This document shows, one piece after another, positions 1-8,874 of a stretch of 48,883 nucleotides of DNA. Location of the stretch: contig JBBEBV010000008.1 in the NCBI GenBank assembly GCA_040882165.1, positions 1 to 48,883 of the forward strand, read 5' to 3'. The stretch is from Bacteroidota bacterium. GTDB lineage: Bacteria > Bacteroidota > Ignavibacteria > UBA10030. Under the pieces are notes generated by a model. The model was not told the DNA's origin. It did no database searches and was given only the letters and a program-made list of their open reading frames with translations. Every line of letters starts with the position of its first letter. The stretch's first letter is position 1. The position numbers were made by a program, and so were the translations under genes.

Positions 1-1575
1 AAGGATGTCGAGGCACAATGGGAAACGGAAGTGTTGCTGGAGGAGATGGAATGGTGCGGGATCCATGGAGCGCTGATCGCCCATTCGACAGCGAAAGAAT
101 ACGACCCGATCTACGGAAACCGGATGTTATTGCACGAGCTCAAGAAGAGTTCACGCCTCTACGGTGTTTGGACCGTCATGCCCCACCACACGGGCGAATT
201 CCGAAAACCGAAAGAGGCGGTCCAGGAGATGCTCGATCTCGGCATCCGGGCGGCAAAAATGTATCCCCGCTCGCACCGGTATCCTTTCAGCATGGATTTT
301 TGCGGCGATTTGTTGAGGGAGTTGGAGCGGAACGAAATCCTCCTGATGCTCGAGGGAGGACATATGTACAACCCGGATATTTTCGAGGCGTTCAACCAGG
401 TTCTTCTCACCGATCTGGATGCCGTCCTGACCCGTTTTCCCAACCTCAAGGTTCTGCTCCAGGGCTCGCGCTGGGAATCGACCCGCTTCACCAATCCCCT
501 GATGCGCAAACACAAGAACCTTCACCTGGAGCTCTCCAACCACCAGGGAAACCGCGCCATGGAGCTTTTTGCCGAATGGTACGGCGTTGACCGCATCGTT
601 CTCGGGACGGGTGCGCTTGAGAAATCCCCGGGAGCGGCAAAGGCGTTCGTCGACTACTGTACGCTGGAGAACGGCGATAAACAGAAAATCGCTGCAGGGA
701 ACATTTCCCGGTTGATACACCTGGAGCAGGATCCGCGGCCGTATCGCTCGAAGAAATCGGCCGATCCAATCCTCGCTCTCGCTAAAGAGGGCAAACCGCT
801 GAAGAATATCCTTGTCATCGATTCCCATGCCCATATGTCCCATGACGGGGCCGAGGGGATAGGATTCCTGCACCAGCCGTATGGCGACGCGGCGAGCATG
901 GTGGAACGGGCGAAACTCATGGGCATCGACGCCATGTGCGTCAGCGGGTTCCTGGCGGTGTGGACTGACTACGAAGAAGGGAACAAGATCATCGTCGATG
1001 CCATGAAGCGGTATCCGAAGTTCTACCACGGGTATGCCGTCCTGCAGCCGCAGTACGTGAAGAACTGGAAGAAGGAGTTCAAAACCTGGTATGGCAAGTA
1101 CAGGATGGAGGGATTAAAACCGTATCATCCGCGCACATTCCTTCCCTATAATGATAAAGCCTGGGCGCCATGGTATGAGTATGGGAACAGCATCAACGCG
1201 TACACGTTGATTCACCCCTCCCCCAACCTTGTCAAGGAAATGAATGATATCGCGCCGAAATATCCGAAGATGTCTTTTCTCCTGGCCCATTCCGGCGCAT
1301 CGTTTCCCGATGCGCGGCTCGCCATTGAAGCAGCAGTGAACAACCCGAACGTCTATCTGGAAATCACACTCACGTCCGTAACGTATCGCGTGATCGAGTT
1401 CATGGTGAAGCATGTCGGAGCGGACCGGGTCTTGTTTGGGACGGACCAGCCGATGCGCGACCCCATCCCCCAGTTCGGGTGGATGGCTTATTCCCACTGC
1501 ACGTTCGAGGAAAAGAAAAAGATGTTCGGACTCAACATGCAGAAGATCATCCGCCGGGTCAAGGCGAAGCGATAA
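1..1575 (+). CDS. amidohydrolase-2 (TIM-barrel metal-dependent hydrolase) family protein with two tandem amidohydrolase-like halves; 5' end runs off the window
   Basis: Frame 1 is open from nt 1 (KDVEAQWETEV precedes the GTG at 31). The C-terminal half has VIDSHAH (HxH), LLAHSG and VLFGTDQP motifs typical of PF04909-type amidohydrolases and sugar lactonases. The N-terminal half is of similar size but reads VLGTGALE where the conserved Asp is expected. Confidence 0.75.
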   Translation, partial: KDVEAQWETEVLLEEMEWCGIHGALIAHSTAKEYDPIYGNRMLLHELKKSSRLYGVWTVMPHHTGEFRKPKEAVQEMLDLGIRAAKMYPRSHRYPFSMDFCGDLLRELERNEILLMLEGGHMYNPDIFEAFNQVLLTDLDAVLTRFPNLKVLLQGSRWESTRFTNPLMRKHKNLHLELSNHQGNRAMELFAEWYGVDRIVLGTGALEKSPGAAKAFVDYCTLENGDKQKIAAGNISRLIHLEQDPRPYRSKKSADPILALAKEGKPLKNILVIDSHAHMSHDGAEGIGFLHQPYGDAASMVERAKLMGIDAMCVSGFLAVWTDYEEGNKIIVDAMKRYPKFYHGYAVLQPQYVKNWKKEFKTWYGKYRMEGLKPYHPRTFLPYNDKAWAPWYEYGNSINAYTLIHPSPNLVKEMNDIAPKYPKMSFLLAHSGASFPDARLAIEAAVNNPNVYLEITLTSVTYRVIEFMVKHVGADRVLFGTDQPMRDPIPQFGWMAYSHCTFEEKKKMFGLNMQKIIRRVKAKR

Positions 1576-1578
1576 GGA

Positions 1579-3966
1579 ATGGGATTGCAGGCAATCATAC
1601 TCGGGGTCCTGATGTCGGCAGGTGTATCCATGGGAATCATGAACCAAGAGACCACCGCTATCGATATTCACAACGATCGGGTCCGAATTGTTATCGAACG
1701 GCAGGAGAGGAATTCCGTCGAGCGGTACTATGCGAAGAGAGGGGACGCATGGGACCTGTTGCTCGAAAGCGGCAGCGGACTGAGAGCGGATCCTTCTCTC
1801 AGGGCAAACGGGATCGAACAGGATTTTCACGTTATGAGGATACGCGCGCTTCCCGCCACGGAGAATGAACAAACCGTCATTCTTGAGGGGACCCTTGGGC
1901 CGTTCACCCTTCGCAAGATCATCGCCCTGCGGAGCGAGGAGCCCTTTGTCCGGATCGATGTTCTTCTCCATGTGGACCATCAGGTTTCGCTGACGCATGT
2001 TCTTTCGACATACTCGTTTGTTCCCGGGGGAAAGCGGTATCCTGCGGCTGAAGTACCGGAGTTTCTGTACACACCACAACTGCGCCCGGAGCCTGAGCAT
2101 GTCATCGCCGACCATACGTTTCGCTCCCCTGCGTTGATGATGCAGAACAAGGGATACTTTGCAGCCCTGGTGCCGGATCTCTTTACCATTGCGCAGAAAA
2201 ACCGGCCATTACGGGCCATTGCCGATTTTCAGGTGAAGACGGCGGACGCCCCGTTCATGTCCTTTGGACTTCAAAACTGGATTCAAGAGCCGTACCGTTT
2301 ACGAAACACCCATGTCTATTATACGGCGCCGGATTCGCTCTCAGTGCAACTGGACAATGCTTCGGTTGCGTATGGGTTCTACCTGTTCCTCGATGCGGAA
2401 GCGCCCCTGCGTACCGCCTATCAACGCGTGGTGCGATTTCAGTGGGAGGAATATGGAAAACGAAATATCCAGGAGCCAAAAGGACCCCAGTCCGAGCCAT
2501 TCTCGTCGTATATCAAAAAGGCATGGTACGAGTTTGTTCCGCAGGTCGCTCTCGAAACCGAGTATCGGGGGGTTCCCGTTACCCTGCTGCGACAGGCGCG
2601 GCTCGCCTGGAGCAACAAGATGCACAAAGAGGCGGATAATGATGCGTGGTTCAATGTCTGGTTCAACTCGCTCCGGACTGCCTATGGGATGTATCTGTAT
2701 GGCAGGCGTGTGGAAGACCGGCAGTTGCAGGCACGGGCAACAGGTGTCTTGAATCTGGCCTTGCTTGCTCCGCAACACAAGGGGATCGCCCCTTCGATTT
2801 TTTACACTGACAGTACGGGTGGGCACTGGGTGGCAGATCAGGCATGGGGAGGAATCTCGAACGGTGAGTATCTCTCGATGTTCCATAACGCATGGACGAA
2901 CTACTGGTTGCTGCAATGGTCCGATTTGGTACCGGAACGGAAAACGGAAATAGAAACATACGGAAGAGCCTTTGCGGATTTCCTGATAGCACACCAACAG
3001 CCGACGGGTGTCATCCCCTCATGGTATCATCCCGAAACGCTCGCACCCGCGGAACAGTTGCGTGATGAAAACGCCGAAACGGCCGGCGCCGCGCTCTACC
3101 TCGCGGAGTTCTTTGCGCGGATAAAAGAGGAACGGTACCTGGCTGCCTCCGAACGGGCGATGAGTTATATTTTTGAGCAGATTCTCCCGGAGCATAAATG
3201 GTTCGATTATGAGACATTTTTTTCCTGTTCGCGCAAACCACTGGGATTTTTCGATTCCTACACGCAGCAACATCCACAGAATACCCTCTCCATGCACCAA
3301 GCGGCTGAAGCATGCTATGAGCTCTTTCGTTTAACGAAGAAGGATCTGTATCGCGTGAAGGGTGTAGAGATTATGGACTATCTCAGCCTGTACCAGCAGG
3401 TCTGGAGCCCGGCGTGGCTCTCGTGCGAGTTGTTTGGAGGATTCGGTGTCCAGAATACAGACGGAGAGTGGAGCGACTCACGGCAGGGATACTTTGCCGT
3501 GACGTTGATGAACTATTATGACCTGACCGGTGAACGAGAGTATTTTGAACGCGGCGTGGCAGCCCTGCGCGCGATGTTCTCATTGTTTGAATCTCCCAAC
3601 TCTCCGCGCACAGCGGAGAACTATGCTCACGGAGGTCTCGACCAGCTTGCCGGCGTCACGGGATTGCATTGGGGGACGGGAAGCTCGGTCGTTTCCATTC
3701 ACCTGATCACCGAACGGTACGGGGATGCCTACGTCAACGTACAGGGCGGGTGGGGGGTCGGCATCGACGGGTGCCGCATACCGGATGTGAGGGTCAACGG
3801 CGAACGCATCGAAGTGACCGTGCTGGATAATGTGAACACCCCCCGATCCATTTTGATGAAATTTGACAAAATGGGGCGCAAGCAATACGAGATATTCGTG
3901 AACGGCGCTTCTCAAGGAAACAAAATGCGGGACGAACTGCACCAAGGACTATCGGTCGGCCTATGA
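1579..3966 (+). CDS. hypothetical secreted or membrane-anchored protein, probable (alpha/alpha)6 six-hairpin glycosidase-like fold, family not recognised
   Basis: 795-aa ORF with ATG directly after AAGGA and a hydrophobic N-terminus (QAIILGVLMSAGVSMGIM). It has aromatic-rich helical repeats (NAWTNYWLLQW, ETAGAALYLAEFF, AVTLMNYYDLTGEREYFERGVAALRAMF). Its stop overlaps the next start (ATGA at 3963-3966). Confidence 0.55.
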   Translation: MGLQAIILGVLMSAGVSMGIMNQETTAIDIHNDRVRIVIERQERNSVERYYAKRGDAWDLLLESGSGLRADPSLRANGIEQDFHVMRIRALPATENEQTVILEGTLGPFTLRKIIALRSEEPFVRIDVLLHVDHQVSLTHVLSTYSFVPGGKRYPAAEVPEFLYTPQLRPEPEHVIADHTFRSPALMMQNKGYFAALVPDLFTIAQKNRPLRAIADFQVKTADAPFMSFGLQNWIQEPYRLRNTHVYYTAPDSLSVQLDNASVAYGFYLFLDAEAPLRTAYQRVVRFQWEEYGKRNIQEPKGPQSEPFSSYIKKAWYEFVPQVALETEYRGVPVTLLRQARLAWSNKMHKEADNDAWFNVWFNSLRTAYGMYLYGRRVEDRQLQARATGVLNLALLAPQHKGIAPSIFYTDSTGGHWVADQAWGGISNGEYLSMFHNAWTNYWLLQWSDLVPERKTEIETYGRAFADFLIAHQQPTGVIPSWYHPETLAPAEQLRDENAETAGAALYLAEFFARIKEERYLAASERAMSYIFEQILPEHKWFDYETFFSCSRKPLGFFDSYTQQHPQNTLSMHQAAEACYELFRLTKKDLYRVKGVEIMDYLSLYQQVWSPAWLSCELFGGFGVQNTDGEWSDSRQGYFAVTLMNYYDLTGEREYFERGVAALRAMFSLFESPNSPRTAENYAHGGLDQLAGVTGLHWGTGSSVVSIHLITERYGDAYVNVQGGWGVGIDGCRIPDVRVNGERIEVTVLDNVNTPRSILMKFDKMGRKQYEIFVNGASQGNKMRDELHQGLSVGL

Positions 3967-5009
3967 TGAATATAAAGAGCAGTCGCAGCGGCACAGTTCA
4001 TTCGCGGAGGTGGGGAGGGACGGGCAGTTGGCTGGTGGCGATTCTTCTCTCCGGCGTATTGTGTTTTGATCTCCTCGTCGCCCAACAGGAGACGGTCTAT
4101 ATGGCGGTTCTCAACTCCCGTAAGCATCGGATTGGAGCCCTCGACAACCCGACAGTGGGATTGTTCGTCAGCACCGACGCTGGGGCGACCTGGCAGCACA
4201 AGGGATGGACGGGATACATTCGAACTTTCTACACCGAAGCGGGTGCGGATGGTACGATCTGGTCGGGGTGCGGGAACGGCGTTCTTCGCTCAACGGACCG
4301 TGGCAAAACATGGCGGATCACGACGGGGGGAGACGTGACGGAAGTTTTGAAGGTCAAGGTAAGTCCGTCCAACCCGAAGACGGTGTACGCTGCAACCGCC
4401 TACGGTGTATTCAAATCAACGGACCTTGGAGAGACCTGGGAGCAAAAAAACCAGGGCTTCGGTAAACCGTTTGTGGCCGATCTGTTGATCGACCGCTCGA
4501 AAACGAAGCGTGTGTTTGCCGCGACGGAGGAGGGGGTCTTCTTGAGTTCGAATGGCGGCGACCAATGGCGGTTTGCAGGCTTGCAGGGAAAAGGAATCCG
4601 GTTCATCACACAGGATCCAAAAAAGGCTGAGCGGCTCTTTGTCGGAACGGAGGAAGATGGGGTCAATATTTCAGAAGATGGCGGAAAGACATGGCATCCA
4701 TCCAACAGCGGTCTCGGTCATCTGACGGTGTATGTCATCGCGATTGATCCATCGGATCCCGCGAAGATCTATCTTGGAACGCATGGGGGAGGAGTGTACC
4801 GGTCGAACGATGGCGGGAAGTCGTGGAGACAGAAAAGCGATGGGTTGCAAAACCCCGACATCCACGCGCTCAGCGTGATTCCCTCGAAGTCCAACATCAT
4901 TCTGGCCGGAACGCTGAACGGAGGCCTGTACCGAAGCATCGACGGAGGAGAAACATGGCAGTTCAACAGTCAGGAGGAAGCACAAGTGTGGGGGCTCTCG
5001 GTCCAATGA
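3963..5009 (+). CDS. secreted BNR/Asp-box repeat protein, single 7-bladed beta-propeller
   Basis: 348 aa with an N-terminal signal-like segment (WLVAILLSGVLCFDLLVAQQ). It has seven S-x-D-x-G-x-x-W boxes: STDAGATW, STDRGKTW, STDLGETW, SSNGGDQW, SEDGGKTW, SNDGGKSW, SIDGGETW. Confidence 0.85.
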   Translation: MMNIKSSRSGTVHSRRWGGTGSWLVAILLSGVLCFDLLVAQQETVYMAVLNSRKHRIGALDNPTVGLFVSTDAGATWQHKGWTGYIRTFYTEAGADGTIWSGCGNGVLRSTDRGKTWRITTGGDVTEVLKVKVSPSNPKTVYAATAYGVFKSTDLGETWEQKNQGFGKPFVADLLIDRSKTKRVFAATEEGVFLSSNGGDQWRFAGLQGKGIRFITQDPKKAERLFVGTEEDGVNISEDGGKTWHPSNSGLGHLTVYVIAIDPSDPAKIYLGTHGGGVYRSNDGGKSWRQKSDGLQNPDIHALSVIPSKSNIILAGTLNGGLYRSIDGGETWQFNSQEEAQVWGLSVQ

Positions 5010-6784
5010 GAACAACGTTCAACATTCTTCTCCTCTGTACGATCATAGCCGTCCCGGTTGGGGCGCAGTCCATTTTTGAGCAACGGCATGGCGAGGTGGT
5101 GCGTATCGCGAGCGGTGAACGCGATCGGAGCTTCTCCACCATCACCGCGAAACTCAAGGCCGGCAATGATGTTCCGTACGCGCTGGCTCTGTTGGATACA
5201 CTGACGGTCGACGAGGCGATCGGAGGCATGTTCTATTCCTATTCTCTCATCGGTTGTTATCTGCACACACAGGACCTCCTTCCGGACTCCCTCAAACGGA
5301 AAGTCCGCGAAGCCTATCGAACCCGGACGATGTACCGCGGGGATACCGAGAATCACTGGGTGATGTATTACACCGGACTCTATCTTGCCGCCCAGACCTG
5401 GCCCAACGAAGCCGGTTCGCGGTGGTTCAACGGGAGAAGTTCTTCCGAGAATTTTCAAGAAGCGGGAGATTGGCTCGATCACTGGGTCACGATTTCGAGC
5501 ACCATCGGACAGGGGGAATTTGATTCGCCAACCTACGTCACCACGTTCATTACGCCGATGCTGGTGTTATACGATTTTGCCCGCGATCCGGTGATGAAGA
5601 AGAAAGCGCAGATGATGCTCGATCTTTTGTTTGTCGACTTTGCCGCCGAGCATCTGAAAGGAAATTACGGCGGCGGACACAGCCGTGATTATCCCGAGGA
5701 TATCATCAATCCGCTCGCTGCACCAAGCACGTTCTGGGCGTGGCTGTATTTTGGCGAACCGGGCTTTCCTCCCTGGAACGAAACCCGCTACCGCCCCCGG
5801 CATCGGAGCGCGTGGGAGCCAGTTTTTGGAGCCGTCAGTTCGTACCGGTTGCCGGACATCATCTATCATATTGCCACCGACCGGACCGTCCCCTACGTCC
5901 ACAGGGAAACAAAGCGCGTACGGAATGTCATCCGTGCCGGCAGGGAGATGAATCCCCCCGCCTACAAATACACGTACGTGACAAACGACTATATCCTCGG
6001 CTCGCTCCATGGCGGCATCCTCCAGCCGATCCAGCAGCACACGTGGGATGTCACCTATGCCTCCGACAAGCCGAACAATACAATCTTCACGCTCCATCCC
6101 TTCTATTCCGGCAAGGAGCTGGCAATGTTCTTTCCGGAGGAAGAGAAGTTCCTCTCGGATGAAGTGGATCGTTACCATAAGGTTTATACCAATCCCAATA
6201 AATGGAACTCCAGCTCGCCCTATGAGCAGACGTTCCAGCATGAAAACGCGCTGATCATCCTGTACCATATCGAGCAAGGGGCCAAACAACCGCACATCAA
6301 CGGGTTCTTCCCCAAAAACCTCGATGAGTTTGTGAGGAATCCATCCGGCTGGATTTTCTGCCGCGCTGCCCGGACCTATGTTGCGATCTATCCTCTTAAA
6401 CCCTACCAGTGGACGGAGGAAGAGGTCAACTGGCGACTGCGGAGCCATGAATTGGACAACGGGTTCGTCGTTGAGGTCGGGTCGGTCGATGAGGACGGAT
6501 CGTTTGAGGCATTTCAAAAAAAACTTCTGGGACGGAAACCGGAGTACGAAAAGTTTGACTCGAATCTCACCATAGAATATACCACCCGGCGTGGGGATCG
6601 GATGAAGTTCACGTTCGACGGGGAAAGGGTGCTCAATGGGGATCGACCCAGCTTCAAAGACTACGGATTTTTCAGGGGTCCTTTTATTCAAAGCGATCTT
6701 GGAAGCGGGGTCATCCGGATGCAGTACAAAGACAAGACAAGAACGCTGAATTTCAAAAACGTATCTATTGTGGACACACCATAA
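5006..6784 (+). CDS. hypothetical secreted protein (592 aa), paralog A of an unrecognised family; polysaccharide lyase/hydrolase-like architecture suspected
   Basis: The ORF track starts at 4823. I trimmed to the ATG at 5006, which overlaps the upstream stop (ATGA) and yields a clean signal peptide (MRTTFNILLLCTIIAVPVGAQS). Conserved blocks shared with 8875-10695 include YRGDTENHW, GQGEFDSP, DFAAEHL, KRVRNVIR and GGILQPIQQHTW. Confidence 0.7.
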   Translation: MRTTFNILLLCTIIAVPVGAQSIFEQRHGEVVRIASGERDRSFSTITAKLKAGNDVPYALALLDTLTVDEAIGGMFYSYSLIGCYLHTQDLLPDSLKRKVREAYRTRTMYRGDTENHWVMYYTGLYLAAQTWPNEAGSRWFNGRSSSENFQEAGDWLDHWVTISSTIGQGEFDSPTYVTTFITPMLVLYDFARDPVMKKKAQMMLDLLFVDFAAEHLKGNYGGGHSRDYPEDIINPLAAPSTFWAWLYFGEPGFPPWNETRYRPRHRSAWEPVFGAVSSYRLPDIIYHIATDRTVPYVHRETKRVRNVIRAGREMNPPAYKYTYVTNDYILGSLHGGILQPIQQHTWDVTYASDKPNNTIFTLHPFYSGKELAMFFPEEEKFLSDEVDRYHKVYTNPNKWNSSSPYEQTFQHENALIILYHIEQGAKQPHINGFFPKNLDEFVRNPSGWIFCRAARTYVAIYPLKPYQWTEEEVNWRLRSHELDNGFVVEVGSVDEDGSFEAFQKKLLGRKPEYEKFDSNLTIEYTTRRGDRMKFTFDGERVLNGDRPSFKDYGFFRGPFIQSDLGSGVIRMQYKDKTRTLNFKNVSIVDTP

Positions 6785-7800
6785 TGCCGATTCTCCTTTT
6801 GACACTGCTCCTGGCGATCGGAACTCCACGGCACGACCCAGCGGATGCGTCGAGCACGCAGCTCCGGCCTGCTTTTTATGCCGCAGTGTACATCAATAAG
6901 GGTTCCATCGCGGTCGGATCGCTCTCGGGGATAGGTCTGTTCCGGCGGTACGAAGGGGACACGGTCTGGACAAACATACGTCCGAATACCATTACTCCGG
7001 GGGTCGGGTTCGCGTCCTTTGGTGGTCGGCACCAACTGTACCTTGCAGGAGGCAATGGACTTCATCGTTCAACGGACGGAGGTTCGACGTGGAGAATTCT
7101 TACGGGCTGGAGAACAAAGGAAGTTCTCTCTGTTGCGCTGGACCCTGTAGACTCACTCCGCTTGTACATCTCGACGCCGTTTGGTGTGTACCGGTCGACC
7201 GACGGGGGCGGCACATGGGTTGAGAAAATGAAGGGGTTCAAAACCTGGTACGTACGGCGTGTGATCCTCGATCGGGTGGATCGTACAGTGTTGTATGCGA
7301 CCGGCGTGGATGCGCTCTATCGGTCAACGGATGGCGCTGAATCATGGGAGCAACTGAGCGTCGGCGTTCCGGAGATCAAATGGGTCTTGCAACACCCGGT
7401 AGACCCCAACCTGCTGTTGGTTGGAACGGAGGATCATGGCGTGCGGTACTCCCCGGATCGGGGGACAACCTGGAAACAAGCAGCAGGATTGAACGCCTCC
7501 GCGGTGTATTCGCTGGCCTCGACTCCCGACGGGAAGGAACTTTACGCAGCCGGGTTCCAAACAGGCGTTTGGAGGAGCACAGACATGGGCGCGTCCTGGA
7601 CTCAGGTGTGGACCGCCTCCGGTCTTGATGCAATCTACACCGTCTTTGTCAATCCCCGCAATCCGGACCACCTGATGGTTGGGATCAACGGATCGGGAGT
7701 ATTCGAGTCTTTCGACCATGCTCGGTCGTGGCGTTACACAGGATTGCCAACAGCGGTGGTCCGACAGATCGAGATGTACCCTTATCCTACAACAAGGTGA
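6784..7800 (+). CDS. secreted BNR/Asp-box repeat protein, single beta-propeller
   Basis: 338 aa. The ATG shares one nt with the upstream TAA (TAATG). Signal-like N-terminus MPILLLTLLLAIGTP. Asp-boxes are STDGGSTW, STDGGGTW, STDGAESW, SPDRGTTW, STDMGASW and SFDHARSW, plus a degenerate first box. Confidence 0.85.
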   Translation: MPILLLTLLLAIGTPRHDPADASSTQLRPAFYAAVYINKGSIAVGSLSGIGLFRRYEGDTVWTNIRPNTITPGVGFASFGGRHQLYLAGGNGLHRSTDGGSTWRILTGWRTKEVLSVALDPVDSLRLYISTPFGVYRSTDGGGTWVEKMKGFKTWYVRRVILDRVDRTVLYATGVDALYRSTDGAESWEQLSVGVPEIKWVLQHPVDPNLLLVGTEDHGVRYSPDRGTTWKQAAGLNASAVYSLASTPDGKELYAAGFQTGVWRSTDMGASWTQVWTASGLDAIYTVFVNPRNPDHLMVGINGSGVFESFDHARSWRYTGLPTAVVRQIEMYPYPTTR

Positions 7801-7807
7801 ATTCAGA

Positions 7808-8812
7808 ATGAAACCACTCGCTTGTTCCGCCCTTCTTCTCATGCTCCTCCCGGGGTTCGCCCTTCTGGAGGCGCGTCAATCCACGGTGTATGTCTCAGTC
7901 GTTTCGACCAAACTTTTCGTGGTGGGCGCCCCCAATCCCCAGACCGGATTATTCTACCAAAAGACATCCGACGACACACTTTGGCAGCACACCGGCAGGA
8001 ACAACATTCGGGCATTTGGGGTCGACGTCCACACTCCTTCCAGGGGAGACGTGCTCTGTATTGCGTCGGGTAATGGAGTTCATCAGACGGCCGACGGGGG
8101 AAAGACCTGGAAGATTACGACGGGATGGCGCATCACGGAAGTATTGTCCGTTGCGATTGACCCCCGTACGGCAAACACGATCTACTGTTCCACTCCGTAC
8201 GGCGTCTACAAGACAACCGACGGGGGGACAACCTGGAACGAGCGGACCAGCGGGATGGGAACGCTCTTTGTGCAGACCGTCCTGATCGACAGGAACAATC
8301 CCGAAACGTTGTACTGCGGAACCGAGCAGGGAGTCTATCGAAGCGATGACGGCGCGGCAACATGGAAGAAAACAGGACTCCATGTCGGCGGCGTACGGTC
8401 CCTTGCCCAGCATCCCCACAAATCCGAAGTGTTGTTTGTCGGGACCGACGATTTTGGAATCTATGCGACAAGCAACGGCGGTGCCTACTGGGACAAGATG
8501 GCGGCCGGACTTGACCATGTCGCTTTCTACACCCTGGTTTTTGATCCGACGAACGCCGATATCATGTATGCCGGTGGATATATCACAGGCGTCTACAAGT
8601 CGGTGGATGGTGGACAAAGCTGGCGTCGGATGAATGACGGGTTAACAAACCTCAACGTGCACTCGATTGCCGTCGACCCCACAAATGGAAACCGGGTCTA
8701 TGCCGGGACGATGTTTGGCGGCGTCTTCAAGTCGGAGAACGGCGGCACGACATGGCGCTACGCAGGGTTGGGAGGTTCCCAGGTGTGGACGATGACGGTT
8801 CAGCCGTTTTGA
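7808..8812 (+). CDS. secreted BNR/Asp-box repeat protein, single beta-propeller
   Basis: Trimmed from 7679 to the ATG at 7808, which gives the signal peptide MKPLACSALLLMLLPGFALLEA. Asp-boxes are TADGGKTW, TTDGGTTW, SDDGAATW, TSNGGAYW, SVDGGQSW and SENGGTTW, plus a degenerate first box. Confidence 0.85.
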   Translation: MKPLACSALLLMLLPGFALLEARQSTVYVSVVSTKLFVVGAPNPQTGLFYQKTSDDTLWQHTGRNNIRAFGVDVHTPSRGDVLCIASGNGVHQTADGGKTWKITTGWRITEVLSVAIDPRTANTIYCSTPYGVYKTTDGGTTWNERTSGMGTLFVQTVLIDRNNPETLYCGTEQGVYRSDDGAATWKKTGLHVGGVRSLAQHPHKSEVLFVGTDDFGIYATSNGGAYWDKMAAGLDHVAFYTLVFDPTNADIMYAGGYITGVYKSVDGGQSWRRMNDGLTNLNVHSIAVDPTNGNRVYAGTMFGGVFKSENGGTTWRYAGLGGSQVWTMTVQPF

Positions 8813-8874
8813 CCATGATGCCCGTTCTCACGACAGGTCCATTTTACGGAGCGTACTACAAAAGGATATCGAGC

